Assembly (NCBI RefSeq): GCF_009914755.1
Contig: NC_060934.1
Source: the human T2T-CHM13v2.0 reference genome, Homo sapiens
DNA: 64,000 nt
Direction: 5' to 3' (one strand)
The translations under genes were made by a program, and so were the position numbers. Shown here piece by piece: positions 1-15,912 of the stretch. The notes under the pieces are model-generated. The model was not told the DNA's origin and did no database searches. It worked only from the letters and a program-made list of their open reading frames with translations. Every line of letters begins with the position of its first letter. Within the stretch, counting starts at the first letter, position 1.

Positions 1-905
1 GAATGCAAAAAAGTGGCACAGGTACTTTGGGAAACAGCCTAGCAGGTGTTTCTTCTTTTTTTCATCAAGTTAAACTTACCTTATGAACCAGCAACTCCAC
101 ACCCTATGTATTTACTCAAGAAAAAGTGAAAACTTATGTTTCCATAAAAATCTGCTCATAAATGGAACTGGTGTTTTATTCATAATCACTAAAATATGGA
201 AACAATCTCAAAGTCCTTTGGTGAGTGAATAAGCAAACTCTACAACAATACAATAGAACACAACTCAGCAACAAAAAGGAACTGCTATTGACACACAACA
301 ATGTGGATCAGCTTAAGAGAAGCCAGACTCAAAAGACATCCTGTGTGACTCCATTTGCATAACATTCTGGAAAAGGCAAAACTGTAGGGATAGAAAACAG
401 CAGTCGTTGCCAGAATTTGGGGGCTGAGTGTGGGAACTGATGACACGGGGCAACAAGGAACTTTTTCAGGATGATGGATATTTACATCTTGATTATGTCG
501 GTGGCTACACAATGGTATGGTCTTCTCAAAACACACCTGGGCCAGGTGTAGTGGCTCACACCTGTAATCTCAACACTTTGGGAGGTTGAGAGGGAAGGAT
601 CATTTGAGATCAGGAGTTCAAGACAAGCCTGGGAAACATAGCAAGACCATGTCTCTACAAAGAATAAAAATAAGCCAGGTGTGGTGGTGCAGTGTGCGCC
701 TACTGTCCTAGCTACTCAGGAGGCTGAGGCAGGAGGACTGCTTGAGCCCAGGACTTTAAAGATGCAGGGAACCATGCCTGTGCCACTGTACTGTAGCTTG
801 GGTGACACAGCAAGACCCTGTCTCTCAAAAAAAAAAAAAATAAGCTGTACACTAAAAAGAGGCAACGTTATTATATATGAGTTATATACCAATAAATCTG
901 ACTTT
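1..905 (+). mobile_element. Old L1M 3' end interrupted by an Alu
   Basis: gacccagcaattccactc-like motif, cataacattctggaaaaggcaaaact, tatcttgat-like motif, ends tataccaataaa. Confidence 0.75.
539..841 (+). mobile_element. Alu (J-like)
   Basis: Dimeric Alu with A tail. Confidence 0.92.
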
Positions 906-1167
906 CTAAAAGCAGCTCAGAGAAATGATGCCAATAAAATTATCTCATGGAATAGGGCTATTGTCATCTTCTACAAGGTTCTACAAACCATGTGTCTAAC
1001 TTCCTTTACTAACTCCCAGGTCCAATTTATTCTCACCCTATATTTACAGGACGACTATTAATAGCTTATTTTTAGAGAATAAAGCTCCCTTAGCCATATA
1101 AAATTTCTTAAAGCTACCTCTGAGTGTTTAGATAATAATGGGAACTCTCTTGTATTAAAAATAGAGG

Positions 1168-1225
1168 AGCACTGTACTGTAGCCTGGGCACCAGAGTGAG
1201 ACCCTGTCTCAAAAAAAGAAAAAAC
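1168..1225 (+). mobile_element. Severely 5'-truncated Alu
   Basis: Alu 3' end only; TSD aaaaatagagga / aaaaacagagga. Confidence 0.85.
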
Positions 1226-1443
1226 AGAGGAATATGGGGCTTTTTCTCCTCATGCTAAGTATGCACCTGCTCATCACCAAGGAAAGAAGGCAGAAAGGAT
1301 CCAGTAGCTGTCTGTCTACACAGATGAGGCCTACAAAACCACTAACTCACTGAAATACTCAGCTACTGCAATCCAAATGTTTAATTATGTTGAAAGTAAG
1401 CCAAGGTTACTGCTAAAATCTTCAGGCAAGAAGTAAAATCTAA

Positions 1444-1753
<310 letters not shown>

Positions 1754-1919
1754 TAAATCTTGACCGTCAAATGGCAAACCTTTAGTGGAGCAGAAAGATT
1801 TTTTCAAATTACTGTACTATTGAAAAAACATAACTGCACTATGATTCAGCCTACACACCCAGACCAAAAACAATGTGAAGGATTCCAGTTTTTTTCTAGA
1901 GTCAATACTCCTGGTTGCC

Positions 1920-2790
1920 CATGTGTGCTGAGTACTGTTCTAGGCACTATAGGTACAATGATAAACCAATGTCCCTGTCTCTATGGAGCTCACATTCTTT
2001 TGGGAGTAACTGACAAATAAATAAATGAATGGACAAATACATGTATTGATCCCTAAGAGACTGAATGTCAGCTGATAAGAGCAGGGAAGGGGAAGTAGAT
2101 TAAGAGGATGGGGGATTCTGTTTTAGATAAAGTGGTCTGTGTCTCTGAGGAGCTACCATTTGAGCAGAGCCCCAGAAGAATTGGGGAAGAAGGCTGGGGC
2201 ACATCTGCAGGGAGAGTTTTGCTGGAGGAAAGAACAAGCATCAACTCCCATCTCTTGAGATGGGAGTATGACTGGTCTGTGCACGAAACTTGCAAAGTGG
2301 CCAGTTTGGCTGGCGTGCAGTGAGTGAAAGGAAGAGAGCCCGGATAACCAGCAGGAAGTGCTGTTCAGTGATGGCTGAGTGCTGGCCACACAGGCTCTGG
2401 GCCAGGACTTTGGAGTTTATTCTGAGAGTTTCTAGAAGCCCCAGTTGGATAAAAACAAGAGAGTGACATGATCTCAATTTAGTTTTAAAGACTCACTGTA
2501 GTTGCTCTGAGGAAAACAGACTTTGGGGAATGGGTAGACAGGGAGGTGGATGAGAAGAAGCATGGAGCTCTATAGGAGGCCCCCACAGCCATCCTGACAG
2601 AGATGATGGCCCTGGGCTGGGAGGTCACAGTGGAGGCACTGAGAAGTGGCCAGACTGGGCCGCTGAGTGAACGAAGGTGCCGTTGATGGAGATGGAGATC
2701 GAGATGTTGGGACGAAGCAGGTTAGCAGCCACCTGAATTGCTGGAAAATGTATTGATATTGCTGTCTGGGAGTTAGTGACATGATTTAAG
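1920..2790. mobile_element. L2 fragment
   Basis: gtccctgtctctatggagctcacattct, ggactttggagtttattctgag, gtgacatgatct motifs. Confidence 0.65.
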
Positions 2791-2802
2791 ATAAAGGAAA
2801 GT

Positions 2803-3173
<371 letters not shown>

Positions 3174-5082
3174 TCAGGACCAGTTTAGATATTAATTTAA
3201 TCTTGTAATAGCATCTCCACCAACTAGGCCACTGACTATATACACCTAAGAAATGGATTTCTGTGAGAAGCGATATATTCCATTAGAGAACTTTCCAGGA
3301 AACAAAGATTTCCAGCAAAGCTAATAAAAGCTTCAAAGCTTTATAAAATAGATCAACAATGCTTTGAAGAGCCCCTTTATTTAACCCTTGCTAAAACAAA
3401 AGTATGTCAGCCAGGTTGCAGAGTGTGGGTATTTTCTGTCACATTTCTGTGATACAAAGGCTTAGTCTGATGGGAAAGAGAAGTCAAATTACAAGAATCT
3501 TTAATTGGTCTACATGTTAAAGTCTTTTGTGTAAACATCGTTTGTTTGACATAATCCATATCAAAGCATTTATCGGCTTTATAGATTATTTTCTTCAGCT
3601 GCTCTAAGATTTATAGGTTCAGGAAACTCTGAGTTTTTATGAAGCTGCATTTCATCTAGAAAGAGGCCAGAAACAACAAGAGAATGTAAAACGGTATGGA
3701 ATTGATCCCTGCAAGTTAGAGTGAAGTGCAGTGGCAGGAAAGCCAGCAAGGCTCAGCCTCCATATTATAAGATTTTGTACATGTCCCAAAATCACATCTG
3801 TTTCAGCCAAGACAGGAATCGTGCCCAGGATTCAAAATGGAAGGGAAAGTTTAAATTGTTTTGATTGGAGTAACTGTGGCTGGCTAACATGTGCTTCTTC
3901 CAGGAGTCCAACAACTCCTCTATTTTCCATCTTTTCCTCCTCTTTCCTCCCATCCAACCCTAAGAGCAACAACAGAGTCTGATGAGGGACCAGATCAAAA
4001 TCCTCCTTGGAACACCAGGCGCAGAGACCCCAGAGACTGCAGGCACCGACTTCACTTTTCATCTATTTCCTCTGTTGGAGAGAAAATGTTTCAATCCAGC
4101 TGGAACCGTCCAAACCTTGAACCCACCTTTAAAACTTCATCTGCTTTTCATTTTTGAGAAGTTTTACTCAAAAGAAATTAGCTCCCCAAAGTAACCTTAC
4201 TTATCCACCCTTCCATTATCAGCCAAGAGAAAAATCTCCTCTTAGTCACGTAGCCCCGGGATAGATGCCTTCAACAGCTTCCCAATGTTTCCTTTCAATA
4301 ACATTTTGGAAGTCCTTTATTGGTTTTCCCAGGTGTTTTCCCACCACACTACATCTCTTAGGATATGCTTTGGAAAGATCCGTTCTTAAAAGAAAATTCG
4401 CTGTGTTGCTCTAAAGTATTCCTTACTCGAATCTCTGAACTTAGTGACTTTTCCCACAGTATCAACTATTCAAGACAGATTTTTCTGGCTTATTGTTTTA
4501 AGATGTCAAGGATGCATTCTGCTTTTCCAAACTGAAGCTGGGACTTCCGATCACATATCCCCTTCCTTGCTACACTAACCAGCTGTTTCTGCGTCTTTCC
4601 AGAAGACAGCAGGATTGAGGCTGTATACTCTAGGCTTCTCCTAGGTCATCCATTCAGATATTTACCTTATTTCTTTCCAATGGCTCCAGACATATCATCT
4701 CTATTCCTATTTTTTTAAATCTCCAAGTTAAAATATACACATGGCCACACAATGTCAAATCCTCTGCCAACACTGAACTAGTGTGGTTTTCTCTTTGGAC
4801 TCCTCTCTAATGACCTAAAGATGTATTATATCTGGATTCTCAGAGGTCTGTAAAATATTAATCCTTATGATGTAAAATGCTAGAAAATTGGGTCAGTCTG
4901 AATCTCTATTATTAATCCAGCCTGCTATCATTTCTCTGTGAGGTTCTATAATACATTCTGAAACTGTCACTGACCAGAAATCCCAGTAGTCGCTGACCCA
5001 CTTAAGAAGCTAATGAAACCTATAGGCTCCCTCTCCAGAAATATCTCCAAACAAAATGGTACCTGTAATTGCTCTTCTAGAC

Positions 5083-5299
5083 CAGGGGTCAGCAAACTGT
5101 AACCTGTGGGCCACATCACTGCCAATTTTTGCCAATAAAATTTTATTCGAACACAGCCATGCTTATTCATTTCTGTATTATCTATGGCTGTTTTCATGTT
5201 CCAGTGGCAATGTTGAATAATTAGAGCAAAGACTGTATGGTCCACAAAACCTGAAACATTTATAATATGGCCCTTTACAGAAAAGTCTGCCAGTCTCTC
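5083..5299. mobile_element. MER58-type hAT MITE
   Basis: caggggtcagcaaact...gccctttacagaaaagtctgcc, flanked by tctaga on both sides. Confidence 0.8.
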
Positions 5300-5367
5300 C
5301 TCTAGAGTGTTAAAACCAATGATTTCTAAGACAATAACCAGAAATGCCATCCTGGATCACCTAAGCA

Positions 5368-5467
5368 TAGGAGGTTGAGGCTGCAGTGAGCCGTGATCAC
5401 ACCGCTGTGCTTCAGCCTGGGCGACAGAGCAAGATCCTGTCTCTAAAAAAAGAAAAAAGAAAAAAAT
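5368..5467 (+). mobile_element. Alu 3' fragment
   Basis: gaggttgaggctgcagtgagcc... plus A tail. Confidence 0.85.
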
Positions 5468-5781
5468 AGAAATGCCACTCTGGGTGGCTTTGCAAAGTTA
5501 CTTAACTAAATCCAATTTTCCTTAGGGTAAAAATTAAATAATAAAATTACGCACATAAGTGCCCAGCATGGTGCCTGGTATTCAGTAGGCAATTAATAAT
5601 GTTTATTTCTTTCATTTGCTATGCTCCTCCTTGTGCTTCAGTACTAGGTTCAAATATCTCCTCCTCTCTGCTGCACTCTTCCTGCAGAGTGGGAAGTTCC
5701 TTCCTCTTGGCACCCTAAATTATTTTAGCACTGCTATTCCATGTTCTCTTGAGCTACTCACTTATCTTTCTTTGCATCTAG

Positions 5782-6183
<402 letters not shown>

Positions 6184-6377
6184 TTAGCAAAGATTTCTTT
6201 AGAGAATGAGTAAAGAAATAAATCTACACTAGAAATATTCTTATTCTAAAAGATGCCATGCAATGATTATTAATTATATGTTAGTAAATAATATCAGATA
6301 TTCCAAGCTGAGTTTCACAAATAATGAATACTTTTTTTTTTTAATCACTGACTTAAGGTCCTAACTTGCTATGTATT

Positions 6378-6774
6378 TGTATTAGTCCATTTTTACATTG
6401 CTATAAAGAACTACCTGAGACTGAGTAATTTATACAGAAAAGAGGGTTAATTGACTCACAGTTCTGCATAGTGTGGGAGGCCCCAGGAAACTTAAAATCA
6501 TGGCGGAAGGCAAAGGGGAAGCAAGGCACGTCTTACATGGCATTAGGGGGGAGAGAGAGAGAGAGAGAGAGAGAGCTAGGGGGGAACTGCCAAACACTTT
6601 TAAACCATCAGATCTTGCGAGAACTCACTATCGCGAGAACTCACTATCACGAGAACAGCATGGGGGAAACCGCCTCCATGATCCAATCATCTCCCATCAG
6701 GTCCCTCCCTCGATGTGTGGGGATTACAATTTCGAGATGAGATTTGGGTGGGGGCACAGAGCCAAACCATATCA
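6378..6774. mobile_element. MSTA/THE1-type MaLR solo LTR
   Basis: tgtattagtccatt...gccaaaccatatca; TSD gtatt/gcatt; internal (GA)n. Confidence 0.88.
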
Positions 6775-7018
6775 GCATTACAGCAGTCTTGCTAAGCAGC
6801 AAAGTACAGGGTTAACATTTCAACCATGTGTAGGTACCAAGAAGTTCTTAGACCCCAAGGAAGTTAAGAATGGCTCTTGTTAAAACCCAACTGTAGAAAA
6901 TTCTCTAATTAAGCCTCTCATCTTTGAATGATAATGCGAAGTATGATATGCCTTGTCTATAACAAGAGCCTCAATTTAACATTTACAATTTAGCATAAAT
7001 TTTTTTTTGAAAAGGTGG

Positions 7019-7307
7019 GGCCAAGCACAGTGGATCACACCTGTAATGAGAGCATTTTGGAAGGCCAAGGCGGGAGGTTCACTTGAGCCCAGGAGTTTGA
7101 GACCAGTCTAGGCAACATAGCAAGACCTGATTTCTACAAAAAAAAAATTAAAAAATTAGCCAGACGTGGTGGTGTGCACCTGTGGTCCCAGCTACTTGGG
7201 AAGCCAAGTGGGGAGGATCACTTGAACTTGGGAGGTTGAGGCTGCAGTGAGCTGTGATCCACTGCACTCCAGCCTGGGTGACAAAATGAGATTCTGTCTC
7301 AAAAAAA
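7019..7307 (+). mobile_element. Alu (J-like)
   Basis: Full Alu. Confidence 0.92.
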
Positions 7308-7589
7308 GTGGGGGGTGTTTCTTAGGGTTTTTCATGAGTTTGGTTAGAAAAGATTCATTCATTCAAAAAGGAATGAATTAGGCACTGATCGAGGCAGTGA
7401 GGAGACAACAGCAAAGCAATAAAGTTCCTGGCCTTACTGTAGTAAAATAAATTAGCTTAGAAAAATCTCAGAATTAATGTTGACAAGAATCTTCTTGGAG
7501 TTACTTATATTCCATAAATTTTCCATTATATTATATTCCACAAATAAATAAGAATGTCTCGCATTTCCAAACCAGAGACAGGTCTCCAT

Positions 7590-8095
7590 TTGGATTGTTT
7601 GCTATAGCTTGCTGTAACAAATGACTATGTACGTGGTGACTTAAAACAACACAAATTCTTATTTATAGTTTTAGATGTTAGATGTTTGGGTCTCACTGGG
7701 CTACAAGTCAAGGTGTTGGCAGGGCCTCATTTCTGCTGGAGGCTCTCAAGGAGAATCCATTTTCTTGCCTTTTCCAGCTTCTAGAGGCCACCTGCATTCC
7801 TTGGCTCACGGCCCCTTCCTGCATCTTCAAGGCAGCAACAGCCCTGAAGACTGTGTCCCACGGCATCACTCTGACACTGACTCTCCTGACTTCCTTCTTC
7901 ACTTCCGAGGACCTTTGCGATTACAAAAGTCCCACCTGGATAGTCCAGGATAATCTCCCCATCTCAAGGACAGCTGACTCGCAACCTTAATTCCCAACTG
8001 CCATATAACTGAACATATTCACAGCTTCCAGGGATTGGGATGTGGACATTTTTCGAAGAGGAGGAGAGAGGGGGCATGATTCTTCCTACCCCACA
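7590..8095. mobile_element. MLT1-type MaLR LTR
   Basis: gctgtaacaaa...ttaaaacaacacaaatt, caaggtgttggcagggc, ttccagcttctagaggcc motifs. Confidence 0.8.
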
Positions 8096-8188
8096 TATTG
8101 CTAGAGCAATCAGGCCAATGAGCCCAGTCCACATGCATGACCCCAGTATGAAGCCTGGCATACCACCATTTCTAGAAACCAGCCCTCA

Positions 8189-8470
8189 GCTGGGCACAAT
8201 GGCTCATGTTTGTAATCCCAGAATTTTGCAGGGCCAAGGTGGGAGGATCACTTGAGGTTAGGAGTTTGAGATCAGCTTAGGCAACACAGTAAGACCCCAT
8301 TTCTGCAAAGAAAAAGTTAACCAATTAGCTGGACATGGTGGTGCATGCCTGTGGTCCTAGCTTCTCAGGAGACTGAGGCTGGAGGATCATTTGAGCCCAG
8401 GAATTAAAGGTTACAGTGAGCTACAATTGTGCCACTGCACTGCAATTGTCTCTAAAACAAAACAAAACAA
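8189..8470 (+). mobile_element. Alu (J-like)
   Basis: Full Alu; TSD agaaaccagccctc-like. Confidence 0.9.
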
Positions 8471-8779
8471 AAAGAACAAGAAGAAACCAGCCCTCTCCAG
8501 GCTAGGATGTTACTCCCACCCACACAGACCCCCAGAACCTCACAAAGCACACCTCTGCTCTTCCACCAGTCCCACTGTAGCAAGTTTCCATTTCCTGTCC
8601 ATCAAACCGTGTTACATCTTCACCCTCATCTGTTCTAAGAATAAAACTAATGATTTTTTCCCCCTTATCCACCCTCCCAATAGAAAAACCATACCGTTTC
8701 CTCCAGTCTTCGCCCAAGTGTTACACAAAGACTTGTTCATGATAGTAAAGATGTATTCATGGGTATCTTATTGCTACAT

Positions 8780-9278
8780 GACTGATCAGTCCAATTGCCC
8801 ATAGAACTGATGTTTATGGTTTCTTTTGAATAAACATAGAAATTGACCCTTCCCAGTCTTGAAACATAAGAAAGTTACATTTGTCTTATCTGAGCTCCTT
8901 TCTCAGGAAACCAACCATCAGTCCTCTGAGATAGTATCACAGAGCTGAAACTTACCAGATTACTGCATCTGGGCAATAAAACACCAGACCCCTCACCCAT
9001 CATGATAACTACTGACCCCCTGCTTCCTGTTGACCAATTCCTCATCCTTACCTCTCTCTAATTCCTGTTTCCCATGCATGGTTACATTTCTTCCCTGCTA
9101 TATAAACCCCTAATTTTAGTCAGTCAGAGAGATGGATTTGAGACTGATCTCCCATCTCCTCACCTGCAGCACCTGAATAAAGCCTTCTTCCCTGGCAGTA
9201 CTGATTATCTCAGTGATTGGCTTTCTGTGTGGTGAACAGCAGCAGGATCAAGACCGAACCACTGGTGTTTTGGTAACA
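8780..9278 (+). mobile_element. ERV1-class solo LTR (MER39-like)
   Basis: tatataaa box (~9099), aataaa (~9176), end gaccgaaccactggtgttttggtaaca; 5' boundary uncertain. Confidence 0.65.
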
Positions 9279-9347
9279 TTACCTCTCAGTGTCACCTAAA
9301 CATATACACACTCATTCATTCTTCTGTTTTTAAGTGGAAAAAAAAGA

Positions 9348-9376
9348 GTGTGTGTGTGTGTGTGCGCACACGCACA
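9348..9376. repeat. (GT)n followed by gcgcacacgcac
   Basis: Direct reading. Confidence 0.9.
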
Positions 9377-10400
9377 ATATAAACTCTTTGAGAGCAAAGA
9401 CTAACTTAATAAACACAAATACTAGGTAAATGCTAACCAGCTTACCCCCAATGCAGAGAGCTTACAAAGCAGTCTTTGAGCATGATGATAAAGTAAAACA
9501 TGTTTCTGGAACTGCACACAGAGGTTTGCAGAGATTTCCTCTTGTCAAAGGTAAGTACAAAAAAATCCACAAGGGTTTGGCTGGCTCCAATGGAGCAAGA
9601 GAGGTCACTCTGGGCCCTGAGTTATCACCTTAAGGGGCCGGAGCAGCTGGCAGTTGGAACACTGAGCTGGACATTGGTTTGGAGAAATTAGAGCTAGCTT
9701 TTTCTGCTTTTGACAACAGCCTTGACCACACAAAGGGCTACATTTAGGTTGGCATTTGCCTAGGATGTAACGCCCATTTGGCCGTTTGGAGTCGATTTTC
9801 CACCCCTCTTTTCCTACTGGCACACAGCTGTGACCCTTGGGTCTTGGAAACTCCTGTGGAGATTTAGCCTTGGTAACAACAGAGTTCTTCCCAGGTCATC
9901 AGAACCCATCTGCCTCCTAGACTAGAGATCACTTACTTACGGACATTTCTAAATAAAGGATGACAAAGTAACTGGATCAACTACATGTTTAATCATTGCT
10001 ATTTAAATGTGATCATTTCTCAATTTCAAATTTAAAAAGTGTAAACTTAAGGAAAGAGAAATAATGCCAGGGACTAAATAGTATTAAATCTCCCTCCATG
10101 TGAGTGCCCCAGATGTCCTATTCTATAAAATTCTCCCCCTTCCCTTTTTGCCTTCAGCTCAGCAGACACCCTTTGCTGGGAACTCAGATGCCACAAAGAT
10201 GCATTCACTTTCCACCCCCAAGTAGTGTTTCCAAGCATGCAATGTGAACGATGCTGGAAGGCTTCCATTCCTCCTGCCCCTTTGTCTTGTCATGTACAGG
10301 CGATATCCCCAAACCAAAGAAAAAATTCTGCCAAGAGAACCAAGCATGACCTAGCCCTGAATGCTGTCAGTGCTGCTCGGAGTAACACCTGGGTCAGAAT

Positions 10401-10688
10401 GACAGGGTCTCACTCTTGCCCAGGCTGGAGTGCAGTGGCACAATCATAGCTCTCTGCAGCTTCAAACTCCTGGACTCCATGCAATGGAGCCCACGTAATC
10501 CTCCTGCCTCAGCCTCCTAAGTAGCTGGGACTATAGCTGTGCAGCACTATGCTCAGCTAATTTTTATTTTTTTATAGAAACAGGTCTCACTATATTGCCT
10601 AGGCTTCTCTCAACCCCTGGGTTCAAGCGATCCTCCATCCTCAGCCTCCCAAAGTGCTAGGATTACAGGCACGAGCCACTGTGACCAG
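10401..10688 (-). mobile_element. Alu (J-like)
   Basis: Antisense Alu lacking tail. Confidence 0.88.
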
Positions 10689-11033
10689 CGAGGATACATT
10701 TTCATTGGCCACTTACTGTCGGATTCCCAATTCCATAAGGAAAGAGGGAAAGGGATGGCCCTTTCCACCCAAGTGCTGTGTAAACTACATCAGGAGCTCA
10801 TTTGTGCTTGATGCTCCTCCTTCAGTGATCACATCTTAATGTTCTACCTTCAACTCAAAGAAACTACAATGTTCAAGCAGGAAGCCACCCCAGCAATGAT
10901 CCTGCCTACCTGCCCTCAGTCTAAGGTGCAGAAACATTTGTCTAAAATGGGCAAATATCACTAGAAAGTCATTTATCTTCCTTTTAGAAGTGAAGCCAGG
11001 GTCTACCTTATCTGAAAGACAAAGGCTCTAGAA

Positions 11034-11550
11034 CAGCAATCCCCAGCCTTTTTGGCACTGGGGACCAGTTTTGTGGAAGACAATTTTTCCATGAACCAGG
11101 GGTTGAGGGGGATGGTTTCAGGATGATTCAAGTGCATTACATTTATTGTGCAATTTATTATTATTACATTGTAATATATAAGAAATAATTATACAACTCA
11201 CCATAATGTAGAATCAGTGGAAGCCCTGAGCTTGTTTTCCTGCAACTAGATAGTCCCATCTAAGGGTGATGAGAGATAGTGACAGATCATCAGGCATTAG
11301 ATTCTCATAAGGAGCATGCAACCTAGCTCCCTCAAATGCGCAGTTCACAATAGGGTTCATGCTCCTATGGAATCTAATGCTACTGCTGATCCGACAGGAG
11401 GCGGAACTCAGGGGGAAATGCAAGCAATGGGGAGCAACTGCAAATACAGATGAAGTTTCACTCGTTCACCTGCCGCTCACCTCCTGCTGTGCAGGTTCCA
11501 AACAGGCCACAAACCAGTACTGATCCATGGCCCAGGGGTTGGGGACCCTG
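11034..11550 (+). mobile_element. MER1A-type hAT element
   Basis: Ends cagcaatccccagcc / ggttggggaccctg; perfect 8-bp TSD ctctagaa at 11026-11033 and 11551-11558. Confidence 0.9.
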
Positions 11551-11880
11551 CTCTAGAATCTTGCTAGAAACCCTGCATCTGTGAATGGCAGGTGTATGTT
11601 GATTTAGCCAAGAGGCTGTTCCCTGGAGGAATTCTGTTCAGTATAATGCAGGTAACTAGCCTGAGTAAGAAGAATCAACAAGCTTTTGTCCAAAATGAAA
11701 TTAGTGAGCAGAGTAGAAGCTGGAAGATGTGTGGGGGATATTAAAACCCCTGCTCCCTTCTCGTCCATTGCTTCTGCAGCTCTCCTCTCACATTTTAGGT
11801 TGAGGGTACCCTGAGTTGACCTGAGCTGCATGACCATCTCCCAGCATTGGTTTGCTTGTAGCAGCCTGTGTATAAAATTA

Positions 11881-12202
<322 letters not shown>

Positions 12203-12507
12203 CACCTGGGTTTAGAGCTGCTTGTAGGCAACTAAGGGGACTAACTTGCTCCACTAACTTTTACTAAATTCTCAAATGTCATGGTAAATAAAAATGACAT
12301 ATATTTGTGAGAAGAGAAGGTGCAGGTAATGAAGCCAGTGAAGCCACAATTTAAGAAATAGTGAGAACTCCTTTCCACATGCAAGTCTCCTCTGCATCAG
12401 ATGGGACTTCTTCATCAAATATGTTATTAGAAAAACAAAAACCTAAAACCAAAAGCATTGAGTACAGATTGGAAAGTCTGAAGATGAATGATTAGAAAGC
12501 CAGCCAC

Positions 12508-12692
12508 TTTTTTTTCTTTTTTCTTTTCCTTTTTTTTTTTTTTTGAGATGGGGGTCCCACTCTGTTGCCCTGGCTGGAGTGCAGTGGCGCTGATCACGGC
12601 TCACTGCAGCCTCGTCTGCCCAAGCTCTAGAGATTCTCCTACCTCAGCCTCCTGAGCAGCTGGGACCGCAGGCACACACCACCATGCCCCGC
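12508..12692 (-). mobile_element. Alu right monomer
   Basis: TSD aagccagccactt. Confidence 0.9.
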
Positions 12693-12779
12693 CAAGCCAG
12701 CCACTTTCTAAATACCTTTCTGTTGGGTGGCACTGCTAGAGGTCAGGGATCCAGTTCCACCTTTACAGAAGTTCGTTTA

Positions 12780-13170
<391 letters not shown>

Positions 13171-13608
13171 GTCTGTTTAGTCAAGGAGATCAGCACCAGA
13201 AACATACAGTCTGGCACATGTTTTCATAGGCGTTCTGTCCACTCTCCCCGTCCCACCAGTGGAGGTGCATATGACCCAGCTAGCTTCTTGGAGGAGGCAC
13301 CTGAATGGCATCTTTAGTGATCAGTCAGATGCAGCCAGTTGAGAAGGAAGAGGGAAGGTGTTCCAGGTAGTATGCAACACGAGGCCTGGAGCCTGCTATT
13401 TTCAGAAAGTTGATAGGAATTACACATGCTACAGCATGGCGCATGGGCAGGGGGCCGTGGGATGGGAGCCTGCACCAAATGGGCCCCGATGCGTGCTGTG
13501 ATCTTGCACTTTAGCCTCAGGGCTATCACCAAATATTTATGCTGTAAAAAGTGTACCATGCATTTAAGAAGGGTGATGGAGTTTAGGGCAAATCAAAAAT
13601 AGCAAGAG

Positions 13609-13951
<343 letters not shown>

Positions 13952-14378
13952 CTACCTGCTGGGCTTGCCTCACAAACAACTGGCTCAGGGGCAGGAGACG
14001 GAAAGTCCATGGGAGAAGCTCAGAGCACTGCAGGGCGGAAGAGAGGTGAGTTCCCTGTGGAGGTGGGGCAGGAAGCTGTCATAAAGGGGTTGCATTTGTA
14101 ATTGGCATGGTAGGGAATGGGGCTGTGACTGGTACAACTGGGAAGGAGGATGGCACTGGGAGAAGGGAATTGTGTGGGAAGAGAAGAGGATGAGCCAAAG
14201 AGGATGGGCAGAAAAGTGAGATTTAGGGCACGTGCAGGCAAGGAAGGATGAGAAGTCAGCAGAAAGGATTTTACACAGAATGACAGCCCAGGGAACAGCT
14301 GGTGATGGAAAGAGAGTCTCCAGCCACCACAGCACAAAGCATGACATGCAAAGGCATGATGACCTCTAAAGATGGAAT

Positions 14379-14379
<1 letters not shown>

Positions 14380-14424
<45 letters not shown>

Positions 14425-14460
14425 TTGAGAGAGAGAGAAGAATGAGGAGGAGGAGGAGGA
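14380..14460. repeat. Compound microsatellite (TG)n-(AG)n-(GGA)n
   Basis: Direct reading. Confidence 0.95.
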
Positions 14461-15912
14461 GATAAGAAGCATAAGTTCATGATTTCATTAAATTAACATC
14501 CTCTTGACTGTCTCAAAAGTATCAGCTCACAAGAAGGAAATTTTAAGTCCTTGCAACTAAAATTTCCTTTCCAGACAAAGAAGCTTAGCATAGAAGTTGT
14601 GCAAAAGTGTGCCTATCTCTTTCCTAATGATCACGTCGGAAAAGCAGCCAAAAAGTAAAACATTCCCTCTGGGCACCAGTTACTCAAAGATGGTTTCAGA
14701 TCATCAGAGCTGGGCTGGATGCTCCCACCAGCAGGACTTCCTCCTTGCTACAAACCACACTAGGCACATTGCAATAAGGCTTGCTGCTTCTGCGCTTCCT
14801 TGTCGCATTTGTTTATTTCAACAGATGCAGGGCTTCTTACACAGGCTAGGAAGGGAGACCAAAGGGGCACCTTAACCCTGATCAGGAACAGACCTTCTGC
14901 CTCCATGTGACTTACCACACACTTCCGCTCAGACCTGTCTTGAAGGGAAGGCTCTGTTGTGACACCCAGCACACGCCCTTCCTGTCCCCACTCCCTCAGC
15001 CCATCAGAGAGTTTCCTGGGAGGGGCTGGTGATCCTAGCTAGTAAAAGGTCCTAGCATGGACACCCATGCTGGCTCTGGGCTTTGCATCTCTTCCAAATC
15101 TCATTTGTATGCATCTTGGAAAGAATCTTCTACGCCTTAAGCAGCAGGTTGGCAGATCTTAACCTCTAGTCACCAACACAGCTCCAATACCACACCCCCT
15201 CCTCAGCCCTTTTGAGAGAGTAGCCCACGTGTAGGTATCTCAGCCCACAGTCCCATAGCCAGAGGAGAAGGCAGCTGCTGCGTCAGCCCAATGATGAAGT
15301 CACAGACGAAGAGACTCTTCTTGTCCCCAAGAAGCTTTCAGTTTAGCCAGAGAGACACATTTGTTATCTCATTAAGTAAATGTTTATGAAGCACCTACTA
15401 AGTTCCAGACACTGCTCTAGGTTCCTGGCATAAAGTAGCAACCAAAACAGAAAGAAATCCTTTTCCTCCTGGAGCTTATCGTCTAGTGATCAGTGAGGAG
15501 ATACCCTTTACACACAATTAATAAAAGGAACCAAACCATAATTATTACATAATTAATAAAAGGAACCAAACCAATGAAACATGCAAAGGACAAAATGATG
15601 TTGCATTTAGAAGGAAGAAGGAGAAACATTTCTGCCTGGAATTAGACAGGCTTGGTGAAGAAAGAGGAGTATACAAATTCTGTTACAATTCAGATATGCT
15701 TTTCTAGGTTCAAGTGTATGTTAGCTACAGGAATGGTCACAGGACATTCAGATGTTCTCAAAAAACACTGTGCTTCACCTCATGTTTAATGACTATTCAC
15801 CTGTCCTCATAGAATGGTTAATGGGGAGAGTTGGCCAAGGGAGGCAGAAACTAAGGGCTCAAAGGTAGCAGAGCAGGTGGGTCCAAAGATGGTGCTGAGA
15901 TTCTAAGTCAGG

